A stretch of 32,000 nt of DNA from Pyrodictium occultum (GCF_001462395.1 NZ_LNTB01000001.1:360001-392000), one strand, 5' to 3'; numbered from the stretch's first letter, positions 7,609 through 15,610 are shown. Translations and numbers: made by a program. Notes: generated by a model not told the origin, from the sequence alone.

Positions 7609-8265
7609 ATGAGGCTCCTCGGCGAGCTCGCTGCATTGGCTGCCCTCGACAGTATTAACCCCTGCACATTCTACATATACGCTGTCTTGCTGCTCTCGGT
7701 CTCCCTTAAGGAGAGGCGCAGCCGGGCAGTACTAGCCGCCGGGCTGGCCTTCGTAGCCGGGATCTATGCGGGGTACACGCTACTGGGCCTCGGGATAGCG
7801 GGTGCGGCCTCCCGGCTCTCTGCGTGGCTGTTATCGCTCGCCGCGGGCGCCTACGGGGTCTATAACATCGCCGTAGGACTCTACGAGCTGCGCGGCGGGA
7901 GGCCCGGACTCCAGAGGCCTGGGGTCAGGCTGGCCCCGAGGGCTGTGCGCACCGCCGGTCTACTGGGGGCTGCGGGGCTTGGGCTGCTGCTCTCCTTCAC
8001 CCTGCTGCCGTGCAGCGGCGGCCCCCTGGTGGCTTTCATAGTGTTGGCTAGGGCCAGCGGCTACCAGGGGCTGGCGGTGCTCCCGCTCCTAATGCTGTAC
8101 AATGTTATCTTTGTCTCGCCGCTGGTAGGCATGGGGCTCGCCGTCTCGGCCCTGTACCGCGTGGAGCGTGTGCAGCACGCTGTTACCCGGGCGGCGCCCT
8201 ACGCCTCCATAGCTGCTGGTGCCGCGCTGGTTGCCGTGGCCGTCTACGTGGCGGGGCTGGGCTAG
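7609..8265 (+). CDS. ccdA: CcdA/DsbD-family transmembrane thiol-disulfide electron transporter
   Basis: 218 aa and polytopic. It has DSINPCTFY in the first helix and LLPCSGGPL in a later helix. These are the two conserved membrane-embedded Cys motifs of the CcdA/DsbD beta-domain family. Confidence 0.8.
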   Translation: MRLLGELAALAALDSINPCTFYIYAVLLLSVSLKERRSRAVLAAGLAFVAGIYAGYTLLGLGIAGAASRLSAWLLSLAAGAYGVYNIAVGLYELRGGRPGLQRPGVRLAPRAVRTAGLLGAAGLGLLLSFTLLPCSGGPLVAFIVLARASGYQGLAVLPLLMLYNVIFVSPLVGMGLAVSALYRVERVQHAVTRAAPYASIAAGAALVAVAVYVAGLG

Positions 8266-8552
8266 TATACCACCCTGTAGCGGCGGCCCCTGAGCCTCCC
8301 TACCAGGGCCTCGTACTCCCCTCTCCGCATGACAGTGACTATCTCCACTACCCTGCCCCGCGCCGCGTAGACGACCGCGACATCGTTCACGCCGAGGGCT
8401 AGGTAGACGTCCTTCTCCTCGTCGTAGACGAGCTGCACCGGGTTCTCGAGGGCCTCCAGCACCTCGTCAAGGCTTACGCGGCGCTCCTCCATCCTCTCCC
8501 GGGCGTGCCGGGAGACTCTCAGGCTGTACCAGCAGGCCGCCACGTCCTCCAC
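8262..8552 (-). CDS. DUF4258-like small protein (toxin-like fold)
   Basis: 96 aa. YSLRVSRHARERMEERRVSLDEVLEAL resembles the H-A-x-x-R-M-x-x-R-x-I/V signature of DUF4258 as I remember it. The stop overlaps the ccdA stop at a palindromic CTAG. Confidence 0.5.
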   Translation of the reverse strand: MEDVAACWYSLRVSRHARERMEERRVSLDEVLEALENPVQLVYDEEKDVYLALGVNDVAVVYAARGRVVEIVTVMRRGEYEALVGRLRGRRYRVVY

Positions 8553-8617
8553 GCCCGGGGGAGAGGGGGCACGAGGGAGGCTAACAAGCCCAGGGGCTCC
8601 CGGCGGCCGCCGCGGGG

Positions 8618-9484
8618 CTAGGCTGTGAAGCGGCCGGCGTTTATGCTCAGCACGTGGCCGGTTATAGCCCTTGAGGCGGGGGTGGCGAGGAAGTAGACTG
8701 CCTCAGCTACGTCCTCCGGCTGTATTATAATGCGCAGCGGGTGCATCTCCTCAACCCTCTTCCTCTTCTCCGGCGTGTCTATAAACTCCCTCACCATGTC
8801 CGTCTCAACGAAGCTGGGGGCGACGGCGTTCACCCTTATCCCGTGGGGCGCCAGCTCCACCGCAAGGCGGCGGGTGAGCCCTATCACCCCGGCCTTTGAG
8901 GCGGCGTAGGCGGCTGAGGCCACCACGTTCCCCGTCTGCCCCGCTATGCTGGCCAGGTTGACTATGCTGGCCCAGGGCGCCCTACGGAGCATCGGGAGGA
9001 AGGTCTTCGTCGCCAGGAAGACGCCGGTCAGGTTGACCCTTATGACGCGCTCCCAGTCCTCGAGGCTCGTCTCATCTATGCCGCCGAAGTGTATGATGCC
9101 GGCGTTGTTTACCAGCACGTTGAGGTGAGGCCAGCGGGACTCGAGGACCCGGCGGGCCTCCTCGAGGCTCTCCGGGCTGGACACGTCGAGCCGGAGCACC
9201 ACCACGTCAGGGGCTCCGAGGCGGCGAGCCCTCTCAGCAGTCTCCAGCGCCTGCTCGCGCTTAGAGCGGTAGGTCACCGCCACAGCGTAGCCCTCGGAGG
9301 CGAACCGGAGCACCACAGCCCTCCCTATGCCGCGGCTGGAGCCGGTAACCAGGACATAGCCCGCCGGCTCCTCGTCCCGCTCCGTGGCCGCTGCCGAGCC
9401 GAGTCTAGCATGCGCAAGAACGCTGGACGCCGGCATAGCCCTGGCCCTCCGCGCCCTGCGAGAGCCCTCTCGGGGGAGAAACAC
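8618..9484 (-). CDS. Short-chain dehydrogenase/reductase (FabG-like)
   Basis: It has VLVTGSSRGIGRA (TGxxxGIG), LVNNAGI and YAASKAG (YxxxK). The N-terminal about 30 residues look like over-extension. The ATG at 9436 or a later non-ATG start is more likely. Confidence 0.85.
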   Translation of the reverse strand: MFLPREGSRRARRARAMPASSVLAHARLGSAAATERDEEPAGYVLVTGSSRGIGRAVVLRFASEGYAVAVTYRSKREQALETAERARRLGAPDVVVLRLDVSSPESLEEARRVLESRWPHLNVLVNNAGIIHFGGIDETSLEDWERVIRVNLTGVFLATKTFLPMLRRAPWASIVNLASIAGQTGNVVASAAYAASKAGVIGLTRRLAVELAPHGIRVNAVAPSFVETDMVREFIDTPEKRKRVEEMHPLRIIIQPEDVAEAVYFLATPASRAITGHVLSINAGRFTA

Positions 9485-9587
9485 CTGCCGGCCTGGATAA
9501 AGGGGGCAGCAGGCGGGCCCACTCTCCAGCCAGGCGGCCTAGGGGCCCCGAGGGCCCCTCCGGGAGGCTGCGCCGGGGCTGGGAGGG

Positions 9588-10046
9588 GTGGAGAGGTCGA
9601 CTCACCTGGTGTTCGCGGTAAGCCTCGCAGTCACCGTGATGGCTGAGCTTGGGGAGCCCCCGGGGGCGGTCATGCTAGCCTCCACTGTAGCCGCGCTGGC
9701 CGCTGCGATACCCGACCTGGATCTCCACACCGCGCACAGGGCACTGCTCCACAACGTGCCCGTCATGCTCGCGCTAACCATCCTAGCCTACGCCGCGTCC
9801 CTCGCCGCCGCGCCCTGGGCCGCCTGGCTGGTGGCTGCAGGGTTCCTGCTCGGCTACTCCAGCCACCTGCTCCTCGACATGCTCACCGTCCGGGGGGTTG
9901 CGCTCCTCTACCCCTTCCAGCGCCGCTTCTACAGGCTGGCCAGGCTGAGGAGCAGCGACCCGCTGGCCAACAAGCTGCTACAGGCCGCCTCGGCCGCCGT
10001 GGCCGCGTACAGCCTCGCGTCGGCCGGCATGATAGGGGCGCGCTAG
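9588..10046 (+). CDS. YdjM/DUF457-like membrane-bound metal-dependent hydrolase
   Basis: 152 aa. It has STHLVF, IPDLDLHTAHRALLHN and SHLLLDMLT..G...LYPF within a hydrophobic protein, which is the usual DUF457 pattern. Confidence 0.65.
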   Translation: MERSTHLVFAVSLAVTVMAELGEPPGAVMLASTVAALAAAIPDLDLHTAHRALLHNVPVMLALTILAYAASLAAAPWAAWLVAAGFLLGYSSHLLLDMLTVRGVALLYPFQRRFYRLARLRSSDPLANKLLQAASAAVAAYSLASAGMIGAR

Positions 10047-10099
10047 GCCCCTCCGAGCCCCCAGGGCGTAAATGGGGAGGAGGCCGCGGGGGAGAGGGC

Positions 10100-10110
10100 G
10101 GGAAAAAGAC
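10100..10110 (-). terminator. Oligo-T tract just after the isp2-like stop
   Basis: The minus strand reads CTGTCTTTTTCCCGCC, with a T5 run 11-15 nt after the stop at 10118-10120. The next gene is convergent. Confidence 0.4.
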
Positions 10111-10117
10111 AGGGGAC

Positions 10118-11536
10118 TCACTCCAGGCGCTCGGCGACGTAGGCGGCTATGTGCTTCACCTCTATATTGAGCCCGTAGAGCTGGGCGCCGCCTGCTATCG
10201 AGTGCATACAGACCGGGCAGGCTGTAACCACTATCTTGGCGCCGCTCCTCCGGATGTCATCTATCTTCCTCTTGACGGCTATGGACCAGGCCTCCATAGT
10301 CTTCTCGACGAACCTCTTCTCCTTCTCGCCCTTGAGCAGGTACTCCGGCGGCATGCCCACCAGCTTAGCCATCTCCTCTATCATCTGCAGGTTCATACAG
10401 CCTATCCCGCCGCCGCCACCGCAGCAGTAGCTCTCAGCACCGTGGTGGGGCAGCTTCCTGAAGCCCTTGCTCGCGGCGCTGAGCACCAGGTTGGGCTCCT
10501 CCGTCACGCCGCCGCGGCGGGCGAGCTGGCAGGGATCATGCCAGGTGACCTTATCGTCGCTGGGCTTTAGCTTGAGCCTGCCCTCCCGGATCAGCTTGGC
10601 CAGCAGCTCTACTATGTGGAGGACACGGTAGCTGGGCCTGCGGCCGAGCGCCTTAGGCAGCTCGAACCTCATCCAGGGGTAGACGAAGCCTCCGTCAAGC
10701 ACCACCACGTTCTTGGGGTTGTAGCTTGATATGTCGGAGTCCAGCATCGTTAGCGTCTCCTTGGTCTGCTTGGAGAGGGCTATTACAGCCGCTATCGGCG
10801 GCCGGAAGGCCAGTGGCTTGCTGGGCAGCGTCCAGTCGAGGCCGGCCCTGTCGAGTATCTTGATGGCGCCTATGACGCCGTCGGGGTAGAACATGACGTC
10901 GGACAGGTTTACCAGTAGGAAGTACTCGGCACCCTTCTTATCGTAGGGCAGGGGCTTGCCGATAGCCTGCTCCGCCTTCTTCATGACGTCGCTCCATATC
11001 TGCATGAGGGCCGGCATCTTTAGGAACAGCCTCTCGCGCTCAACGACTTCGAAGATAGCTATTAGCGTCGGCACGCGGCCGGACTTGGTGGCTATGCTGC
11101 CCAGCATGCTCCTTATAATAGCGCCACTGTCGATGCCGAAGGGGCAGGAGACGTAGCAGGCGCCGCAGTTGGTGCACCGGTAGAGAGCCTCGACTATCTC
11201 GTCGAGATCCTTTGCGCTCTTCGGCTTCCTGGCGTTCAGCAGGGGGCCGAACAGCTTGCCGAGTATTGTTGCCTCCTTCCTGTATATATGGCGGGCCAGC
11301 TCCGCCTTCTCCACCGGCCCGTACTTCTCTGAGACAGGGTAGTAGGGGCACGCCGGGGCGCAGGCAGCACAGCCCACACAGTTCTCCAGGTAGTGGAGCT
11401 TGACCGGGTCCAGCGAGGCGAGTGTCTCGCGGATGGCCTTCTCTACACGCTCCTTGTCGAAGCCCTCCCAGTCTATGCTCGCCTTAACCTGCTCTATGAG
11501 CTTCTGCAGCTCCGAGGCTGGAGGCTCCTGGGACAT
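10118..11536 (-). CDS. isp2: Hydrogenase-associated HdrD-like Fe-S subunit (Isp2-type)
   Basis: 472 aa. It has CVGCAACAPACP and CTNCGACYVSCP, plus the CCG-type motifs HDPCQLARRGG, YCCGGGGG and ACPVCMHS. It follows a NarI-like membrane gene and a hydrogenase small-subunit gene, as in hynS-isp1-isp2 operons. Confidence 0.85.
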   Translation of the reverse strand: MSQEPPASELQKLIEQVKASIDWEGFDKERVEKAIRETLASLDPVKLHYLENCVGCAACAPACPYYPVSEKYGPVEKAELARHIYRKEATILGKLFGPLLNARKPKSAKDLDEIVEALYRCTNCGACYVSCPFGIDSGAIIRSMLGSIATKSGRVPTLIAIFEVVERERLFLKMPALMQIWSDVMKKAEQAIGKPLPYDKKGAEYFLLVNLSDVMFYPDGVIGAIKILDRAGLDWTLPSKPLAFRPPIAAVIALSKQTKETLTMLDSDISSYNPKNVVVLDGGFVYPWMRFELPKALGRRPSYRVLHIVELLAKLIREGRLKLKPSDDKVTWHDPCQLARRGGVTEEPNLVLSAASKGFRKLPHHGAESYCCGGGGGIGCMNLQMIEEMAKLVGMPPEYLLKGEKEKRFVEKTMEAWSIAVKRKIDDIRRSGAKIVVTACPVCMHSIAGGAQLYGLNIEVKHIAAYVAERLE

Positions 11537-11633
11537 GCCTATCCACCCTCCCTACCACGCACCCATTTGGTTTTGGTACCCGGCCTTCACAGCTATCAAG
11601 GCCCTGTGAACATGAGCTAAAAGGGGTATGGGG

Positions 11634-12452
11634 TTAGACGAGCCCCTTCTGCACGCGGACATCGTACCACTCGTGCAGCTTGCCGTACCAGTAGCCGTAC
11701 ACGAAGTGCCAGAACTTGCTGAAGGGTATCAGCATTAGCAGCAGCTCGGCGCCCAGTATGTGTAGGCCTAGGATGGTCCTATACATTCCTACATCCACTA
11801 TGCTGGCGCCGGTGGAGTGCCTTGCAGCCGCGTAGCCCGTGAGCAGTATGAAGAGCAGCAGCCCTAGGGAGAAGTAGTCGCTCCACCGTACGTGCCGCAG
11901 CCCAGTGGCCTGCTCGGCTATCTTCATGCCTATCTTGAAGGTCACGCCTATTATTGCTAGTATAGCCAGCACATCGCCGTTAAGTATGGCTGTGAGCGGG
12001 CCCCATATGCTGTTAACGAACTCTACCTTCACGGGAGAGGTCACTGTGAGCGTCGATGTTGTCGCGCTCAGGGGTATCCATAGCCCGGTGTCAGCCACCA
12101 GCCTCTTGTACCACGGGAACCAGTAGGAGAAGAACGCCACGTGATGGGCCAGCAGGAATATCAGCGGCAGCACGCCTAGCAGGTGGAGGGCAACGAGCCC
12201 CGCGAGGAAGTCGTGGGGCTTCTTCTTGATGCTGAATATAATGGGGTCTATGAACGTTCTTATCAGCCCTATTATCCTGGCGCCGATGCCGCGGTTGCGG
12301 GACTCCGCCTTAACCACGCGGCGCCAGAAGAGTATCTGCTTCACTATCCTGTAGGCTGCACCGAAGCTGAACACTAGCAACGCTACCCAGAAGAAGTAGT
12401 ATACCGCGAAGCTGTAGATGTCAGTCACCTTACCGCCTAGGTAGCCTACCAT
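11634..12452 (-). CDS. isp1: NarI/DsrM/HdrE-like polytopic membrane subunit (Isp1-type, probable heme b)
   Basis: 272 aa with about 6 helices. His residues lie in the helices (LVALHLLG, LAHHVAFF, GLHILG) and the FSKFWHF motif is typical of the nitrate-reductase-gamma-like family. GAGGTGGAGG lies upstream of the start. Confidence 0.75.
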   Translation of the reverse strand: MVGYLGGKVTDIYSFAVYYFFWVALLVFSFGAAYRIVKQILFWRRVVKAESRNRGIGARIIGLIRTFIDPIIFSIKKKPHDFLAGLVALHLLGVLPLIFLLAHHVAFFSYWFPWYKRLVADTGLWIPLSATTSTLTVTSPVKVEFVNSIWGPLTAILNGDVLAILAIIGVTFKIGMKIAEQATGLRHVRWSDYFSLGLLLFILLTGYAAARHSTGASIVDVGMYRTILGLHILGAELLLMLIPFSKFWHFVYGYWYGKLHEWYDVRVQKGLV

Positions 12453-12561
12453 CCTACCACCCTACGTCCACGCCTCCACCTCATACACGTGCCTGCCCGC
12501 GGGCTTTGAGCCGAAAGAGGGAGCAGGGTTGGAGCATCACAGGGTGATGCTGGTGGGCCGT

Positions 12562-13995
12562 CTAGCTGCTGCGGCGCTGCTCCTCCTTCGCCTTCTCGGC
12601 CTTGCTCTCGACCCACTTCGCAACCCCGTAGGCTATGGCCGCGCCAGCCACTGCTGAGGCCGCTGCGCCGGCCTCGGTAGTGCTTAGGCTCGGCGTGGTC
12701 GGCGCGTTAAGCGGCTTGTAGAAGGGCTCGTAGGCGTCGGTGAAGCCCGGCATGGTGCAGCCTATGCAGACGCCGCCGGTCCTGGTGGGGCCGCCGACGC
12801 CGTTGACCCAGCCCACCTTGTTCCACGGGCAGTTGCTTACCGGGCCCTTACAGCCCACGGCGAAGAGGCAGCGGTAGTCGGCGTCGCCGGGGTTCTTGCG
12901 GAAGTCGCCCGCCGCGTAGCTAGCAGCCCTCGGGCACTGCTCGTGGACCGTGCGGCCGAAGATGTACTTTGGCCTCCAGTAGCGGTCCAGCTCGGGCAGC
13001 GGTAGCAGGCCCTTCGCCCAGAGCACAATGTTGGCTATTACGCGTAGCTGGCCGTTGCCGTTGGCGGGGCAGCCGGGCACGGCAACGGCCGGGCGGCAGT
13101 CGCCCCTTATCTCGCCGGGGCCGAGCTTGCACTTGCCGTAGATGAAGTTGCGGAAGGGCCTGGCCTCCTCGAGGAGGTCTACAAGCCCCTTGTAGCCCCT
13201 TATCGGGTCGGGGAAGAAGCCCACGGCGCCGGTGGGGCTCGGGCTCCAGCCCTTGCCGCTCCACTGCTCGAACAAGTCGTAGCCCATCTTCTTTATGAAG
13301 TCCTTCTCCACTATCTTGTTTGCTACCAGGCCGCCGTAGGAGGCACAGTTGCCCACAGCTATGACGGCCACTGCGCGTGGCAGCAGGCGCCTCATCCACT
13401 CGACGCAGGATATAGGCTTCCCGTTCTCGTCGCCTATGTAGCAGAAGTAGTCGCTATACTTGGGGCCGCCGGCCTTCTCGTCTATCGAGAAGCTGCCCTC
13501 AAGTACCAGCACGAAGGGGTCGAGCTTGCCCTGGGAGGCCAGCCTTAGAACGTCTATGGGGCTTGTCAGTAGCAGCCCGGGGTTGTAGCCTAGCTCGAGG
13601 AAGGCCTGTAGCGTCTTCCTGAGAGGATCGTCGGCGGGGAGCTTCTCCACGAAGGCCTTAAGCTCCTCGGGGCTCATCTGGGCCAGCTTCTTCGCGTAGC
13701 TGGGGGTCTCCTCGCCCCAGCTGAGCATAACCGTCTCGTGGAAGAGCAGCCTGACGGTGCCTGGGCCTGCTATGTGGCTGCGGCCGCCGAGGACATCGAC
13801 GAGGTCGGGCTTGGTGGCCTGGATTAGAGCTGTAGTATTGCCCGCACAATCCTGGGCCTCGAACCAGATGACGTTTATGCTGCCGGACTTGACCTCTGCT
13901 ATCGCCCTCTTTATCAGCTTATCCCAGTCAAGGCTGGCGAAGAACGCCGTTGTGCCTGCGAGCTTGAGGAAGTCCCTACGAGAAAGCCTGGCCAC
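12562..13995 (-). CDS. hynS: [NiFe]-hydrogenase small subunit, Tat-exported, C-terminal membrane anchor, unusually long
   Basis: GTG start preceded by GGGGGAG. It has the twin-arginine signal SRRDFLKLAG. Cluster motifs are WFEAQDCAGNT, VGNCASYGG, VPGCPAN, HEQCPR, RCLFAVGCKGP..NCPWN and GVCIGCTMPGF. There is a hydrophobic C-terminal helix followed by a charged tail. Confidence 0.9.
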   Translation of the reverse strand: MARLSRRDFLKLAGTTAFFASLDWDKLIKRAIAEVKSGSINVIWFEAQDCAGNTTALIQATKPDLVDVLGGRSHIAGPGTVRLLFHETVMLSWGEETPSYAKKLAQMSPEELKAFVEKLPADDPLRKTLQAFLELGYNPGLLLTSPIDVLRLASQGKLDPFVLVLEGSFSIDEKAGGPKYSDYFCYIGDENGKPISCVEWMRRLLPRAVAVIAVGNCASYGGLVANKIVEKDFIKKMGYDLFEQWSGKGWSPSPTGAVGFFPDPIRGYKGLVDLLEEARPFRNFIYGKCKLGPGEIRGDCRPAVAVPGCPANGNGQLRVIANIVLWAKGLLPLPELDRYWRPKYIFGRTVHEQCPRAASYAAGDFRKNPGDADYRCLFAVGCKGPVSNCPWNKVGWVNGVGGPTRTGGVCIGCTMPGFTDAYEPFYKPLNAPTTPSLSTTEAGAAASAVAGAAIAYGVAKWVESKAEKAKEEQRRSS

Positions 13996-14051
13996 CGCGA
14001 CTCCCCCTATTCCCTACGGTACCACCAAAGTCTCCGACAATTTATGTCCAT

Positions 14052-14063
14052 AGATAAATAAGT
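14052..14063 (-). promoter_or_regulatory. TATA-like box for the hynS operon
   Basis: The minus strand reads CTTATTTATCTA inside the only AT-rich patch (14040-14095) of the 296-nt spacer, about 57-68 nt upstream of the GTG start. Confidence 0.35.
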
Positions 14064-14261
14064 TTCGTGTATTGGAGGGCCAGCAATAATTAACCGGCGA
14101 TAACTGCGTGATGCCACGCCGCTGAAGAGGATCCATGGGGAGGGTCGGCAAACCCCGCCAGGGCCTCACAGCCCCCGGGGGCTCCGAGGAGCTCGGCCCC
14201 CGTAGGCCTGGGAGCTCCTCACCCCCAGCCTCGGGCTGCGGAGGGTTTAACGATAAGCCCG

Positions 14262-14269
14262 TAAATTTA
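14262..14269 (+). promoter_or_regulatory. TATA-like box about 26 nt upstream of the 14292 start (implies a leaderless transcript)
   Basis: TAAATTTA is centred about 26 nt before the TTG at 14292, with TTTAACGATAAG just upstream. Confidence 0.3.
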
Positions 14270-14291
14270 CCCTAGTAACAGGGGTGCCGGC

Positions 14292-15051
14292 TTGGCGGAT
14301 CCCGGGGAGAGGAGGAGGGCGCTGCTGGAGACGCTGCGGGAGCTGCTGAGGCTAGGCGGCCGCGCCGCAAAGACCGTTGAGGAGATACGCTCCGAGATAA
14401 TAGGGGCCGTGGAGGACGCGCTGGGGGTCGAGCTGACGCCGGAGAAGAGGATGCTACGGAGGCTCTACAGCTTTAACCCGCCGCCCCAGCCAGGCCTAGA
14501 GGAGCTACGGAGGCTCGTCGCGAGGAGCATGGGGCTGGATGATGCATCTCAGCTCGAGGAGTACCTCCGGGGCCTCGGCCGGGGCGGGGAAGCTGGTGGT
14601 GGTAGTCCCGAACCCCATAGTGAAGGGGGGAAGCGGAATACTAGCCCTATCGCTGGAGCTGACGGGGAGGCAGGGAGAGGCGAGGATAGGCAGCTGCACG
14701 GTGATAGACGGGTCCATGGACGCTCTAGCACTGATAGACGAGGCTGAGAGGAGGGGCGCAGGCGAGCTCTTCCTCCTAGGCGCCTCCCACGTTGAAGGAC
14801 GGGGCGCCGGGGTGTACGTGGCCCGAGTGGAGCCCAGGGACGCCCGTGCGCTGACGCCCCAGCAGCTTACAAGGGAGCTCTGGATGAACCTCACCGGCAG
14901 CCTCGGCCTCGACGACTACGCTGCAGCGCTAAGCCTGCTCTGGAACCGGCCCTTTATCCTAGTGGAGTGCGATCCCGGGGATGCGGCGGACCCAGAGGAG
15001 GAGTGTAGGAGGCTTGCCAGGGAGTGGGTCCGGAGGGAGTGCGGCGCATAG
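14292..15051 (+). pseudogene. Hydrogenase-cluster hypothetical protein split over two frames (14292-14747 and 14539-15051)
   Basis: Frame 1 looks protein-like up to ...ASQLEEYLRGLGRGG and then becomes low-complexity Gly/Arg/Asp junk. Frame 2 is junk up to ...SAGAG and then looks protein-like (KLVVVVPNPIVKGGSGILALSLELTG...). The switch falls in CCGGGGCCTCGGCCGGGGCGGGGAAG (about 14567-14592). It could instead be two genes, with the second starting at one of the GTG codons around 14591-14596. Confidence 0.45.
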
Positions 15052-15598
15052 CCTGCTAGTGCTTGGCGTGGGTAACACCCTACACGGGGACGACGGGATA
15101 GGCTACTGCCTGGCCCGCGGCATAGAGGCATGTGGCGGGGTAGGGGGCGCCAGGCTGGCGGCTATACAGCACCTCAGCCCAGGCCATATAAGCATCCTAG
15201 AGGGCTACGACACGGTCGTATTCATAGACTCCTACCTCTCCGAGGACATGCCGGAGGACGCGCGGGTGGCGGTGCTGGAGATAGACCCGGCCAAGCTGAG
15301 CGAGGCCGAAGTGGCCGAGCTAGTGCAGGAGATAGACCCTCACAGTCTCAACCCTGTGAGGCTCGTGGTTCTCGCCTACGCCGCCCAGCTGTTCAAGGGT
15401 AGGGCCTACCTGGTGGGGGTAAGGCCCTACAGCATAGAGTTCATGGAGGGGCTCAGCGGGGAGGTGAGGAAAGCCGTCCCCAAAGCCTTGGCGGAGTTGG
15501 AGAGGCTCCTGAGGAGGCTCGGCGCCAGGCTCCGGGCTCCAGCGGGCTGCGTGATGGAGTGGATCGAGGAGAACTGCGGGAGGCCTCTCCTAGACTAG
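14981..15598 (+). CDS. [NiFe]-hydrogenase maturation endopeptidase (HyaD/HybD/HoxM family)
   Basis: It has LLVLGVGNTLHGDDGIGY (GxGNxxxxDDGxG) and a later EIDPHSLNP His region. The ATG at 14981 overlaps the upstream ORF by 71 nt. The true start is probably nearer LLVLGVGN, at an in-frame TTG or GTG. Confidence 0.85.
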   Translation: MRRTQRRSVGGLPGSGSGGSAAHSLLVLGVGNTLHGDDGIGYCLARGIEACGGVGGARLAAIQHLSPGHISILEGYDTVVFIDSYLSEDMPEDARVAVLEIDPAKLSEAEVAELVQEIDPHSLNPVRLVVLAYAAQLFKGRAYLVGVRPYSIEFMEGLSGEVRKAVPKALAELERLLRRLGARLRAPAGCVMEWIEENCGRPLLD

Positions 15599-15610
15599 CT
15601 CTAGAGCCTT

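Noticed and set aside
14135-14275. 46-codon ORF (MGRVGKPRQGLTAPGG...) in the hynS upstream spacer
   Set aside because: It has Gly/Pro/Ser-rich low-complexity sequence and no ribosome-binding site or TATA element at a sensible distance. It also overlaps the TATA-like element of the next gene. It is probably chance.
14560-14600. Programmed +1 ribosomal frameshift as the explanation for the split 14292-15051 gene
   Set aside because: I see no recognisable slippery or shift-prone motif with a rare or stop codon at the switch, only G-runs. Three other loci in the window are also broken, so mutation or an assembly indel is the simpler reading.
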